NCBI GenBank assembly: GCA_034530875.2
Contig: JAVRCJ020000063.1
Coordinates: forward strand, 1 to 27,040
Direction of reading: 5' to 3'
DNA: 27,040 nucleotides
DNA from: Nostoc sp. DedSLP01
GTDB lineage: Bacteria; Cyanobacteriota; Cyanobacteriia; Cyanobacteriales; Nostocaceae
The notes below the pieces were generated by a model, which saw nothing but the letters and a program-made list of their open reading frames with translations, had not been told where the DNA came from and did no database searches. Shown here one piece after another: positions 1-10,152 of the stretch. Made by a program: the position numbers and the translations under genes. Each line of letters begins with the position of its first letter. Position 1 is the first letter of the stretch.

Positions 1-154
1 CAGGCACTTATTCAATATAGCGAACCAAATTAAAAGTGTCAACCACTTCGACAACTTTTTTTGGCCTTTTTTTTAATGCAGCTGAAACTGCCCACAGTGT
101 AGGGTTGTGAGCAACAATGGTTTATGCAATGTGCTGACTAAGGAAGGATAGAGC

Positions 155-1033
155 GTGAATTTTCAGTCGGTAATAGCCTTGTTGCATCAATTTTGGAGCG
201 ATCGCGGTTGTTTGATTGCTCAGCCTTACGACATCGAAAAGGGGGCAGGTACTAAGAATCCCCAGACATTTTTAAGAGCATTGGGGCCGGAACCGTGGGC
301 TGTTGCCTACGTTGAACCGTGCCGTCGCCCGACAGATGGACGTTACGGCGAAAACCCCAATCGCTTTCAACACTATTATCAGTATCAAGTTCTAATTAAA
401 CCGTCGCCTGATAATATTCAAGAAATTTATCTTGATTCATTAAGGGCTTTAGGCATTCGTCCTGAAGACCATGATGTGCGGTTTGTGGAAGATAACTGGG
501 AAGATGCGACGGTGGGTGCTTGGGGTACTGGGTGGGAAGTTTGGTTAGATGGAATGGAAATTACTCAATTCACTTACTTCCAACAATGCGGTGGAATCGA
601 TTGTCGTCCTGTGTCGATTGAGATTACATACGGATTAGAACGATTGGCGATGTATCTCCAGGAAGTAGAGGCAATTACCAAGATTCATTGGACGGACAAG
701 ATTACTTATGGTGATGTTTACCTCCAAGGAGAAATTGAGCAGTGTACTTATAACTTTGAAGCGTCGAATCCAGAACTGTTATTGACACTGTTTAATTTGT
801 ATGAGCAGGAAGCTACCCAATTGACGGAGCGAGGATTAGTCTTACCTAGCTTAGATTATGTAATGAAGTGTTCCCACACCTTTAATTTACTGGATGCTAG
901 AGGTGTGATTTCTGTGACGGAAAGAACTCGCTATATTGCCAGGATTCGGCATTTGGCAAGGAAGGTAGCTCATTTATATGTTGAGCAAAGAGAGAAGTTG
1001 GGCTTTCCGTTGTTGAACAAGACAGCAGATTAG
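155..1033 (+). CDS. glyQ: Glycine--tRNA ligase alpha subunit
   Basis: GTG start after AAGGA; conserved GlyQ motifs [56 protein letters not shown]. Confidence 0.98.
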   Translation: MNFQSVIALLHQFWSDRGCLIAQPYDIEKGAGTKNPQTFLRALGPEPWAVAYVEPCRRPTDGRYGENPNRFQHYYQYQVLIKPSPDNIQEIYLDSLRALGIRPEDHDVRFVEDNWEDATVGAWGTGWEVWLDGMEITQFTYFQQCGGIDCRPVSIEITYGLERLAMYLQEVEAITKIHWTDKITYGDVYLQGEIEQCTYNFEASNPELLLTLFNLYEQEATQLTERGLVLPSLDYVMKCSHTFNLLDARGVISVTERTRYIARIRHLARKVAHLYVEQREKLGFPLLNKTAD

Positions 1034-1137
1034 TAGTGTTGGCAGCATACAACACTAGAAAGAAAAATGAGAAAGATAAGGACTTTTCCACCTTATCTGC
1101 TCTCTATTTTGTTCGGTCTTTGAACTCGGATACTATA

Positions 1138-1371
1138 ATGACTTTTGAAGAACTAGAAATCGGTGACCACTTTCGGATTCCTGGTATGAGCGTCAGGTGC
1201 GTTTACACGAAAGGCTAGGGATTCTTATTGTAGTATAAATGCACTATTACAACTCCTTGCTTGGGAAAACGGGTGATAGTGCTTATTTCTAAAGAAGTTT
1301 CCGATCATTTTATGGCAAAGCGCGATTATCTCAAGAGCTTAAAACAATCAAGATTAAACTTTTTGCTTTGA
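1138..1371 (+). pseudogene. Probable frameshifted small hypothetical gene
   Basis: ATG 1138 gives MTFEELEIGDHFRIPGMSVRCVYTK then a stop at 1218; protein-like text continues in shifted frames (ARDSYCSINALLQ..., VIVLISKEVSDHFMAKRDYLKSLKQ...). Confidence 0.4.
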
Positions 1372-1435
1372 GTGAGCTAAAAATTAGAGCCTTTGCTACA
1401 AAGCTTGAGAGACACACAAAGAGTTTGAAATCAAG

Positions 1436-1455
1436 AAGCCTGCTGAAGCGGGCTT
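1436..1455. repeat. Short GC-rich hairpin / dispersed repeat (aagcctgc-tgaa-gcgggctt)
   Basis: Imperfect inverted repeat followed by T-rich sequence. Confidence 0.4.
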
Positions 1456-1662
1456 TGTTTGTATAAACCCAATGAACTATACTTCACCACAAGCATGAAG
1501 ATTTTTCTTTACTGCTGCCCCAAGTATTTTTAGTACTGGTTCTCCAAAAGATGACTATTGATGATGACCCAGGAATACGACAATTGATATGTTGTCATGT
1601 TTTGAGAATTGGTCTGAGTCAGGTCTAAATTCTATTGTCTACGTGCTTTTACCAAAAGTTTT

Positions 1663-4020
1663 ATGATCCAAGCGAGTGGTGTAATTATTTGTCTTGCCTA
1701 CATTCTAGGTTTATTGTTTACAGCAATTCCTTGGGGCGGTGTGTCGATTTTGCTTGTGGGGATAATAGGAGCAATTTTTTTTAGAAGACGCAATGTCATA
1801 TTACGGAAATTTGCTCAGAAAACAGAAAATATCGGTAGTAAAGCTAAGGCAGCGCCTCAGATTTGGCAAACTACTCCCCATCCCCGAATATGGCTGGTTG
1901 CTGGGTTGGTGGGGTTGTTGGCAAGTTTCTATTTTCAGTGGCGAGTACCGCAACCAGGTGCAAAAGACATCAGCCAGTTTGTTCCACCTGGAAATAACAG
2001 TAATCAAGAACAACTTGTGATTGTTCGTGGTGAAGTAGCGAGTAATCCCCGCTTAACTCGCAGTCAGCGGGGACAGTTTTGGCTGGAAGCGACCCAGTTA
2101 GATGAGGTCAAAAATAATCAAGGTTCAGCAGGTATCCCAAAAGGAGTGACGGGCAAATTATATGTAACAGTACCCATACTTCAGGCTACTGGTTTATACC
2201 CTAGTCAGCAAATCGAGGTAACTGGGATTTTGTACAAACCAAAGGCGGCTTCCAATCCTGGTGGTTTTGATTTTCAAAAGTTTCTCAAGCAAGAAGGAAC
2301 ATTTGCTGGTTTGATTGGGCGGCAAATCAATGTTTTGGAACAAGAACGTAAATGGGGATGGTGGCAAATTCGGCAGCGAATTGTGCAATCGCAAGTTCGT
2401 AGCTTGGGTATTCCAGAAGGCCCGCTTGTCAGCGCAATGGTTTTAGGTAGTAAAGCTGTAGATTTACCTTATGATATCCGCGATTTGTTTGTACAAGCAG
2501 GATTAGCTCATGCTTTAGCGGCTTCTGGGTTTCAAACTTCGTTGATTTTGAGTGTGATATTACAGCTAACGAAGCGTACTCAGAAAGGAACGCAATTTAC
2601 ATTAGGACTTTTAGGGTTAATCATTTTTCTAAGTTTAACAGGCTTTCAACCTGCGGTTCTCAGAGCCGTAATTATGGGTTTTGCAGCATTAGTTGGTCTG
2701 TTATTAAAAAGGAAGGTAAAACAGCTGGGTTCGCTGTTATTAGCAGCAACAATTTTATTAGTATTTAATCCGCTATGGATTTGGGATTTAGGTTTCCAAT
2801 TGAGTTTTTTGGCAACATTCGGATTAGTGGTAACGGTACCTGCAATTATCGATCGCTTGAATTGGTTACCACCCGCGATCGCTTCTTTGATTGCTGTTCC
2901 TTTAGCTGCGACTGTTTGGACTTTACCTGTGCAACTTTCTGTCTTTGGAGTTGTACCAACCTACAGTTTGTTGCTAAATGTGGTTAGTACTCCATTAATT
3001 TCGATTATTAGTATAGGCGGTATTATAAGTGCAATAGCAGCATTAATTTGGAATGAAGCAGGCAGCTTGACGGCTGGACTATTGCATTACCCGACTGATT
3101 GGCTAATTAAACTAGTGGAATTTTTTAGCAATTTGCCAGGGAACTCTGTTGCTGTGGGGAGCATATCTACTTGGCAATTATTAGCAATTTATGGATTAAT
3201 TTGCTTAGTTTGGCTAGTAAGCTGGTGGCAGCGGCGCTGGTGGTTTGCTATTGTAATTGCTGTTGGTTTGGTAATTATACCCGTATGGCATTCTGCTAAT
3301 ACATTATTTAGGGTAACGATATTAGAATCTGGTACGGAACCAATTATTGTAATTCAAGATAAAGGTACAGTAACTCTGATTAATAGCGGTGATGAAGGTA
3401 CGGGACGCTTTACTGTTTTACCATTTTTACAACAACAAGGAATAAATCAAATCAATTGGGCGATCGCCACTGATTTTCAAGGTAATGAAAGTAATGCTTG
3501 GCTAGAATTAGCACAACGTTTACCAATTAAAAATTTCTATGAATATTCTCCAAAACCAGAAAATTATATTACTACTCAAGCTATCCAGCAGGAAGTACAA
3601 AAGCACCAAGGATCTTACCAGCCTTTAGCAGTTGGTCAAGCTGTGCAAACTGGTTCGATAGTTGCACAATTAATCAATGACGAATTACCCATCTTACAAT
3701 TGCAAATTTTCGATCGAAACTGGTTATTAGTAGGTAATATCAAATCTCAAGAGGTACAACAATTAGTTAAAAATGGAAGTTTACCTCCTCCACAAGTGCT
3801 GTGGTGTGCTCCTCAATCTTTGAAAAATTTAGTTTTGGCTCTCAAACCAAAAGTGGCGATCGCTTCTGCTGCCAATTTTGATGAAAAAACTTTATCTGAA
3901 CTGAATCAAAGTCAAACAAAACTATTTTTTACAGGAAGAGATGGCGCTATTAAATGGTCTCCCAATCGTGAATTTGAGGCGTTTATCGAAGCCTCAGAAA
4001 ATCAGTCTTCTGTATTATAA
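1663..4020 (+). CDS. comEC: ComEC/Rec2 competence DNA-uptake membrane protein
   Basis: NPGGFDFQKFL OB-domain motif, GLAHALAASGFQ, PAVLRAVIM, DLGFQLSFLAT, many TM segments, degenerate C-terminal beta-lactamase-like domain (TGRDGAI). Confidence 0.93.
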   Translation: MIQASGVIICLAYILGLLFTAIPWGGVSILLVGIIGAIFFRRRNVILRKFAQKTENIGSKAKAAPQIWQTTPHPRIWLVAGLVGLLASFYFQWRVPQPGAKDISQFVPPGNNSNQEQLVIVRGEVASNPRLTRSQRGQFWLEATQLDEVKNNQGSAGIPKGVTGKLYVTVPILQATGLYPSQQIEVTGILYKPKAASNPGGFDFQKFLKQEGTFAGLIGRQINVLEQERKWGWWQIRQRIVQSQVRSLGIPEGPLVSAMVLGSKAVDLPYDIRDLFVQAGLAHALAASGFQTSLILSVILQLTKRTQKGTQFTLGLLGLIIFLSLTGFQPAVLRAVIMGFAALVGLLLKRKVKQLGSLLLAATILLVFNPLWIWDLGFQLSFLATFGLVVTVPAIIDRLNWLPPAIASLIAVPLAATVWTLPVQLSVFGVVPTYSLLLNVVSTPLISIISIGGIISAIAALIWNEAGSLTAGLLHYPTDWLIKLVEFFSNLPGNSVAVGSISTWQLLAIYGLICLVWLVSWWQRRWWFAIVIAVGLVIIPVWHSANTLFRVTILESGTEPIIVIQDKGTVTLINSGDEGTGRFTVLPFLQQQGINQINWAIATDFQGNESNAWLELAQRLPIKNFYEYSPKPENYITTQAIQQEVQKHQGSYQPLAVGQAVQTGSIVAQLINDELPILQLQIFDRNWLLVGNIKSQEVQQLVKNGSLPPPQVLWCAPQSLKNLVLALKPKVAIASAANFDEKTLSELNQSQTKLFFTGRDGAIKWSPNREFEAFIEASENQSSVL

Positions 4021-4176
4021 ACTTACTTAACAATCAGGAAATTTAAAAGCAATAATTGCTGGGTAAGTAAGATTAGCATTGGCAAAATCTCTAATAGGCT
4101 AGTACTATCAGGTAATTGTTTAAGAGAATAGCGATCGCTATTACTGCTTATTCATGTCCAAATGCTACTAATTGCT

Positions 4177-4647
4177 ATGACAATCTACTTTTACAGTATC
4201 CGCGAACAATACGGTTGTTTCTCGAACTTTTCTGCCCACGGCTTCGAGTTAGATGGATTGTATTGGCCGACTAGCGAACACTACTTTCAAGCACAAAAGT
4301 TTATCGGTACGCCTCACGCAGAACAAATCCGCCTGGTTAAAATGCCCAAAGATGCTGCAAGAATGGGGCGTCAAAGAAGTCGTCCGCTACGAAAAGATTG
4401 GGAGGAAGTTAAAGACGACGTTATGCGCCAAGCAGTTCTACGTAAATTTCAAACTCATACAGATATCAGGGATATCCTCCTTTCTACAGGTAATGAAGAA
4501 ATTGTGGAAAACTCGCCCATCGATTTTTACTGGGGTTGTGGGGCTGATGGTAGCGGTAAAAACATGCTAGGAAAAATTCTTATGGAAGTGCGAGATATCC
4601 TCCGCCATACCTACAGCACAAATACCGATAATAGTACAGTAAAATAA
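4177..4647 (+). CDS. NADAR (YbiA-like) N-glycosidase
   Basis: FSNF, WPTSEHYFQAQKF, KFQTH, IVENSPIDFYWGCG..G.GKNMLGKILMEVR; start taken at ATG 4177 (MTIYFY) rather than 4162. Confidence 0.92.
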   Translation: MTIYFYSIREQYGCFSNFSAHGFELDGLYWPTSEHYFQAQKFIGTPHAEQIRLVKMPKDAARMGRQRSRPLRKDWEEVKDDVMRQAVLRKFQTHTDIRDILLSTGNEEIVENSPIDFYWGCGADGSGKNMLGKILMEVRDILRHTYSTNTDNSTVK

Positions 4648-4991
4648 TCTTATTGCTACAAATCCTTGCTTAAAAATCAGTCTTGTAGAATATAAATTAA
4701 AGGTCGGGTATTAAAAGCTAGACACTCATATTTATTGGTAAACTTTCTATATAATCCCCTTTTATTGTTTAATTTATTTGGCATATCTCATATATAGAGA
4801 TTAGGGAGTCAGCCTTTTGAACTGGAAATGATTTTTTTCAAAAATCAAATTTGAGCCTTGAAGGTTTTAGATTATTTAGCGCCAAAACTTTCATTTTTGA
4901 GTTGGAAAGACATACTTGCCAAAACTTCGCACGCGTTATATTTTTCTGGAGTAGCTTGAAAGCAACAATTGCCCAAAGGAGTAAACCGATT

Positions 4992-5357
4992 ATGTTTCGT
5001 TTGAGAAAAGCAAATAAATATTGTAAATGGTTCTGGGATGAATCTCTTGGAGGTGAATTTGACGCTTGGGGTACTAGCACCTACTTTATGGAAATTGGTG
5101 ATAATTCCCATGTCGTCAGACAAATAGAAGTTTATGAGAATGGTAACGTATTATTTTATGATAGTAGCCACATTTCTGATGATTACGGAATGTTATGCGA
5201 TCGAGTAATAGGTGAAGATGATATACGCGACTTTGAAATTACGAAGGAAGAATTTGAACAAGTGTGGAATACAAAAACACCAACAAATAGAGAAATTTTA
5301 TTAATTATAATTAGTATAAATTATGAAATATATTGTTGTCAAATATCAGTTTATTAG
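4992..5357 (+). CDS. Small acidic/aromatic hypothetical protein
   Basis: AGGAG at 4977-4981 precedes in-frame ATG 4992 (ORF track starts at 4851); pattern WDES..W.TSTYFMEI..VVRQIEVYENG..YD..D.YG.L..EITKEEFEQVW. Confidence 0.7.
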   Translation: MFRLRKANKYCKWFWDESLGGEFDAWGTSTYFMEIGDNSHVVRQIEVYENGNVLFYDSSHISDDYGMLCDRVIGEDDIRDFEITKEEFEQVWNTKTPTNREILLIIISINYEIYCCQISVY

Positions 5358-5539
5358 TTGAGACTATTTAGTTTTGAAAGTTGCTTGTTAGCTAAGTAAG
5401 TAGCAACTATAGTTGTGCTTGTTTATTAATGGGAAGTCAAGCAGCGATCGCTTCATCTGTCAACTCTCACAGCTGCTAGCTTCGGCGAACCTATCCATCC
5501 TGCGCTAAACCAGCTTCATGAAAGATAGATCCAAGTTTT

Positions 5540-5548
5540 GGGAACACT
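5540..5548 (+). promoter_or_regulatory. SigJ-type J-box extended -10 (GGGAACACT, 8/9 match to GGGAATACT)
   Basis: 33 nt upstream of the TPR gene ATG, preceded by TTTT. Confidence 0.55.
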
Positions 5549-5581
5549 AGATTTAGCACCAGACTAAACAGGAAGGGGTTA

Positions 5582-6664
5582 ATGTCTAAAGACAGATGGA
5601 ATGATAGACCGAAAAATACAGTCCCCCTGAAATTACCTATAAACTATCCAAAATCAGTGAAGCGCAATACAATTACCCATGAATTTGACTCTGGTTCGCA
5701 AGCACAAATACCAATTCCACAGGAAAGTGACGAACATCTCTCGGAAGCATCTCGCCTGCTACGACAAGGCATTCAACAGCAGCAAGCTGGTGAATTAGTA
5801 TCGGCGATGAAGTCTTTGCAACAATCCTTGGTACTGTTTCAGGAAGTTAAGGATTTACAAAAACAGGCACAGGTACTTTCTTTTTTAGGATTGGTAACTT
5901 ACAGCGCAGGGGACTACAAGAGTGCTATCTCCTACTCTCAACAGTGTATGTCTTTAAGCGAGGAACTCTCAGATTTGGGATTGCTGATGCAAGCGCTTTC
6001 GCATTTGGGTAATGCTTACCGTCACCTAAACGATCAAAACAAGGCAATTGAGTTTTTAGAAAAGTGTTTGAAAATAACTCAACAGCTACAAGACAAACGC
6101 AGTCAAGTGGCAGCACTCAATAATTTAGGATTGGTTTATAAATCTTCTGGTAATTTTACGCAAGCTATTGAGTATCAAGAGCAAAGTCTAGAAATTGTGC
6201 GCGAACTCAAAGATAATTGGGGGGAGGAACAGGTACTTAAGAATTTGGGTAATGCTTGGTATGGTTTGGATAATTATCCAAAAGCGATCGCCTATTATGA
6301 ACAATGTGTAGTACTAGCACGTTCTTTAAAAAATCTTCGCAGTGCTTCTCAGGTACTAAAAAATTTAGGTAATGCTTGTTATGCTTTGGGCGATTATACT
6401 AAAGCGATTAAGTATTATGAAGAACGTTTACAATTAGCTAGGGAAATTGAAGACAAGCGCAGCGAAGAACAGTCGTTGGGTAGTTTAGGAGTTGCTTGTG
6501 AAGCTTTAGGAGATCATCACAAAGCAATCACATATTACGAACAACGTTTACTCTTAGCTAGGGAAATTAAAGATCGGCGTACTGAAGAACAAGCCCTTGC
6601 CAGTTTAAGAATCGCTTGCTATGCCTTGGGCGATTATGCTAAAGCTATGCAATACCAACAGTAG
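5582..6664 (+). CDS. Tetratricopeptide repeat protein
   Basis: About seven 40-aa TPR units (L.NLGNA....G.Y.KAI.YYE..L.LARE). Confidence 0.95.
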   Translation: MSKDRWNDRPKNTVPLKLPINYPKSVKRNTITHEFDSGSQAQIPIPQESDEHLSEASRLLRQGIQQQQAGELVSAMKSLQQSLVLFQEVKDLQKQAQVLSFLGLVTYSAGDYKSAISYSQQCMSLSEELSDLGLLMQALSHLGNAYRHLNDQNKAIEFLEKCLKITQQLQDKRSQVAALNNLGLVYKSSGNFTQAIEYQEQSLEIVRELKDNWGEEQVLKNLGNAWYGLDNYPKAIAYYEQCVVLARSLKNLRSASQVLKNLGNACYALGDYTKAIKYYEERLQLAREIEDKRSEEQSLGSLGVACEALGDHHKAITYYEQRLLLAREIKDRRTEEQALASLRIACYALGDYAKAMQYQQ

Positions 6665-6883
6665 ATATTTCCATGTTTTAAAACTGGCGGCTATTGTCAG
6701 AACTGATTTATCAACCAAAGCTTAATAAGCCTGAAATTCTTAATATAATACTTTTTCAGTACCCAATAGTTCATTGGTTCGATTTAATTAAAGTCTTTAT
6801 CTACAAAGACAGGGAGTTGACGAATCAGTTCTCAGCAAGCTCACCAGCTTAATTACTTTATTCTAATTCCCAACTCCTAACTT

Positions 6884-7951
6884 TTATTTACTCATTCTGA
6901 GTTGCCCGCAAGCAGCATCCGCTTCTAAGCCACGGGAGTAACGGACGCTAACAGCAATTTGTTGTTGCTTGAGAACATTCACAAATGCTTCAATGCGATC
7001 GCGGTTGGGGCGTTTGTAGTCTACTTCTTGGATGGGGTTGTAAGGAATCAAATTTACATGACTTTGAAATCCCCGCAGCCGTTTTGATAGTTCTAGTGCG
7101 TGTTCTGGCAGATCGTTGACACCAGCCAGGAGAATATATTCAAAAGTAACGCGGCGTCCGGTGATTTCCACATATTCGCGGCATTCAGCTAGCAAATCTT
7201 CTAAAGGATAAGCGCGGGCGCTGGGGATGAGTTTTTCCCGCAGTGCTTGGTTGGGTGCGTGAAGACTAACTGCAAGAGTGATTTGCAAATGGTGCTGGGC
7301 GAACTGACGGATGCGATCGCGAATACCTACTGTAGAAACAGTCAGCGATCGCTGCCCAATACCGACATCTTGATTGAGAGATTTCAGGGCTGCCAAGACA
7401 TTTTCAGTATTTAACAACGGTTCGCCCATACCCATGAATACCACATTGCTCACTCGTTGTTGAAAATCTTCTTGCACAGTCAACACCTGATCGACAATTT
7501 CATGCCGTCCTAAGTTGCGCTTATAGCCTCCTTTACCAGTAGCGCAAAAATCGCACGCCATCGGACAACCCACTTGAGTAGAGACGCAAACCGTCAGCCG
7601 ATTTTCTGAAGGGATACCAACAGTTTCAATAATTTGTCCGTCTGCTAATCGCAAAAGATATTTTACCGTGCCATCGGGTGCCACAGAACGGTAGTGTAAA
7701 GTTGAGCGCCCGATGGGAATGTCTGCAAGTTCTTTCCGCCATTGCTTGGGGAAGACAGAAATATCACACAGCGATCGCACCCCCTTGTGATATATCCATT
7801 CATGTAGTTGTTTTCCTCTGTAAGCAGGTTGTCCCTGTTGTTGCACCCAAGCAGTTAACTCCGCGACGGTTGCACCAAGTAGGGGAGGAAGTAATGCTGA
7901 TTTGGCTGGGTTGTGTGAGTCAACCTGAGATACAAGAGGTGTAGCAGACAT
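6884..7951 (-). CDS. rlmN: 23S rRNA m2A2503/tRNA radical SAM methyltransferase
   Basis: [18 protein letters not shown] (CxxxCxxC), MGMGEP, SLHA, AACGQL. Confidence 0.97.
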   Translation of the reverse strand: MSATPLVSQVDSHNPAKSALLPPLLGATVAELTAWVQQQGQPAYRGKQLHEWIYHKGVRSLCDISVFPKQWRKELADIPIGRSTLHYRSVAPDGTVKYLLRLADGQIIETVGIPSENRLTVCVSTQVGCPMACDFCATGKGGYKRNLGRHEIVDQVLTVQEDFQQRVSNVVFMGMGEPLLNTENVLAALKSLNQDVGIGQRSLTVSTVGIRDRIRQFAQHHLQITLAVSLHAPNQALREKLIPSARAYPLEDLLAECREYVEITGRRVTFEYILLAGVNDLPEHALELSKRLRGFQSHVNLIPYNPIQEVDYKRPNRDRIEAFVNVLKQQQIAVSVRYSRGLEADAACGQLRMSK

Positions 7952-7960
7952 AAAAAATCA

Positions 7961-8005
7961 CGAGTCGATCTGGATCTCTATCCTACACCTGCCAGATCGA
8001 GTTCG
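7961..8005 (-). terminator. Hairpin between the MIF-like gene and rlmN
   Basis: tcgatctgg (7965-7973) / ccagatcga (7992-8000) inverted repeat; on the minus strand followed by a U-run directly before the rlmN ATG. Confidence 0.45.
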
Positions 8006-8028
8006 CCTGAATCAAAGAAAGTGCCCAA

Positions 8029-8382
8029 TTAGCCAAATGTACTGCCGTTCCAGCCCCACATTGCACCTTTAGCATCGGCAAATTCTATATAAATGCGATT
8101 TTTAGAGACCCCCAAAGTTTGATTAATTTGCTGGCAAAAATCTTCACTCATTGCTTTGGTTTGATCTGGCTTCATCGTGCCAATGCTCTTAATTTCAATG
8201 TAACAAACTGGGTCTGTATTACCTGCAAAAGTCATCGGGGTATCAGGTTCAAAAGCCGTCATCACATAAGATTCTGGCTTTCCCAAATGTTTCGCTAATT
8301 TGGCTGATAAGCTCAAAAGCATTGATTCAATTTCAGCTTTCTCAGGAGCAGATGCAGAAGTTTGGACTTTAATTAATGGCAT
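8029..8382 (-). CDS. MIF/phenylpyruvate tautomerase family protein
   Basis: N-terminal catalytic Pro (MPLI), GKPESYVM, IKSIG, RIYIEF.D, WGWNGSTF. Confidence 0.92.
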   Translation of the reverse strand: MPLIKVQTSASAPEKAEIESMLLSLSAKLAKHLGKPESYVMTAFEPDTPMTFAGNTDPVCYIEIKSIGTMKPDQTKAMSEDFCQQINQTLGVSKNRIYIEFADAKGAMWGWNGSTFG

Positions 8383-8637
8383 AGCAAGGAATGGAAATTT
8401 TGAGTTTTATGACACTGTTAAGTTTATTAAACCGCAAACCCAATGAGCAAGAGGGGAGAATTCGGTGCAGGGAAGAGGATGGCTCACAGGTGTAGGTTTA
8501 TACAAGAGTGCGATGGTTCAATCGTAGGGAGCTTTCAAGGGTGGGGGTTGAGAGTTTTTAGACCTCAATTGTGACTTGTGAGTTCTCAGTCTTCTAAAAT
8601 GCAGATAAAACAAGTTACAAATTTAAGAGGGGAACTC

Positions 8638-8853
8638 ATGGCAGTCAAAAAAGGCGATATGGTTCGGGCTGTGCGCGAAAAACTAGAAAATAGTCTGGAA
8701 GCAAAAGCTAGTGATACTCGCTTTCCTTCATATCTATTTGACTCTCAGGGCGAAATTGTAGACCTTAAAGGTGATTATGCACTTGTTAAGTTCGGAAAAG
8801 TGCCAACACCAAATATTTGGTTGCGTATAGATCAACTCGAAGAGTTTAAATAA
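8638..8853 (+). CDS. ndhO: NAD(P)H-quinone oxidoreductase subunit O
   Basis: [34 protein letters not shown]...[20 protein letters not shown] before ATG 8638. Confidence 0.95.
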   Translation: MAVKKGDMVRAVREKLENSLEAKASDTRFPSYLFDSQGEIVDLKGDYALVKFGKVPTPNIWLRIDQLEEFK

Positions 8854-8887
8854 GAATTCAGAATTCAGAATTCAGGAATCAGAATTT
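8853..8887 (+). repeat. Heptamer tandem repeat (AGAATTC)n, STRR-type
   Basis: Three perfect plus two degenerate copies right after the ndhO stop. Confidence 0.85.
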
Positions 8888-9086
8888 AGCATTTATTCTG
8901 GCTCGTGGATTCTGAATTTTTTTTAAAAAATTACATTTGGAGCGAACAAAATTCACGAGTTAGGAGGCGGATATCTCCAATGGAATTGTGTGTGACTGGT
9001 AGATGAAGAAACTGGTTTAAGTTCCCTACCAAATTTAAAATTTGGTGGTCTAGAATTAATGGTGGGTTTCAATCGCCCACTAATTG

Positions 9087-9117
9087 ATTCTGAATTCTGA
9101 ATTCTGAATTCTGTATT
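9087..9117 (-). repeat. Inverted copy of the heptamer array, (ATTCTGA)n
   Basis: About four copies just upstream of mdh, opposite orientation to 8853-8887. Confidence 0.85.
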
Positions 9118-9129
9118 CTTCTTTAATTT

Positions 9130-10107
9130 ATGTCTTTTTCTTCTAACTCTCCAATTTTGTGTAATTTACCCCGTGTCACCATTGTTGGTGCGGGTAGGGT
9201 TGGGAGTACTTTAGCCCAACGCATTGCGGAGAAAAATCTGGCAGATGTAGTTTTGCTAGATATTATCCCGGGGATGCCCCAAGGTTTAGCACTGGATTTG
9301 ATTGAGGCTAGGGCAATTGAATTACATAATCGCCAGATTATTGGCACAAATAATTATGCTGATACATCTGGTTCGCAAATTGTGGTGATTACGGCAGGAA
9401 TTCCCCGAAAAACAGGGATGAGTCGGGATGATTTGCTCAAAACTAATGCCAAGATTGTAGTCGAAGCAGCAAAGAATGCGATCGCCCATTCTCCCAATGC
9501 CATTTTTATTGTCGTCACCAATCCTTTGGATGTAATGACTTATTTAGCTTGGCAAGCTACTGGTTTACCACGCAGCCGAATTATGGGTATGGCTGGTGTG
9601 TTAGATTCTGCCCGTTTTGAAACCTTCATTGCCCTAGAATTGGGGGTTTTACCTGCTGATGTCAAAGCGATGGTATTGGGTAGCCACGGCGATTTAATGG
9701 TGCCTTTGTCTCGTTATGCTACTGTTAACGGCATTCCCATTACAGAATTGCTGGATGCAGCTACAATTGCACGTTTGGTAGAAAGAACTCGCAACGGCGG
9801 TGCAGAAATTGTGGAATTGATGCAAACGGGTGGCGCTTTTTTTGCTCCTGCATCGGCTACTAGTGAGATGGTGGAATCAATTTTGTTAAATCAATCGCGA
9901 TTGTTGCCAGCCGCAGCCTATCTCCAAGGAGAATACGGTTTAAAAGATGTTGTAATTGGTGTTCCCTGTCGCTTGGGATGCGGTGGAATTGAGAGTGTCT
10001 TAGAATTAAATCTCACTGCTGAGGAAACAGAGGCTTTGCATACTTCGGCTCAATCTGTACGGAAAAATATTCAACGGGCGCACGAAATATTGACAACAGA
10101 AATTTAA
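9130..10107 (+). CDS. mdh: Malate dehydrogenase (LDH-like)
   Basis: GAGRVG, ITAGIPRKTGMSRDDLL..NA, VVTNPLD, LDSARF, GSHGD. Confidence 0.96.
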   Translation: MSFSSNSPILCNLPRVTIVGAGRVGSTLAQRIAEKNLADVVLLDIIPGMPQGLALDLIEARAIELHNRQIIGTNNYADTSGSQIVVITAGIPRKTGMSRDDLLKTNAKIVVEAAKNAIAHSPNAIFIVVTNPLDVMTYLAWQATGLPRSRIMGMAGVLDSARFETFIALELGVLPADVKAMVLGSHGDLMVPLSRYATVNGIPITELLDAATIARLVERTRNGGAEIVELMQTGGAFFAPASATSEMVESILLNQSRLLPAAAYLQGEYGLKDVVIGVPCRLGCGGIESVLELNLTAEETEALHTSAQSVRKNIQRAHEILTTEI

Positions 10108-10152
10108 CTACGTTCGATATTTTTTGTTAGTAACTTTATAAAATATTGGAAA

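Noticed and set aside
4851..4991. N-terminal extension of the 168-aa ORF
   Set aside because: TTG start without Shine-Dalgarno; a clear AGGAG precedes ATG 4992
8578..8637. Extended NdhO N-terminus
   Set aside because: The family begins at MAVKKG, which has its own Shine-Dalgarno
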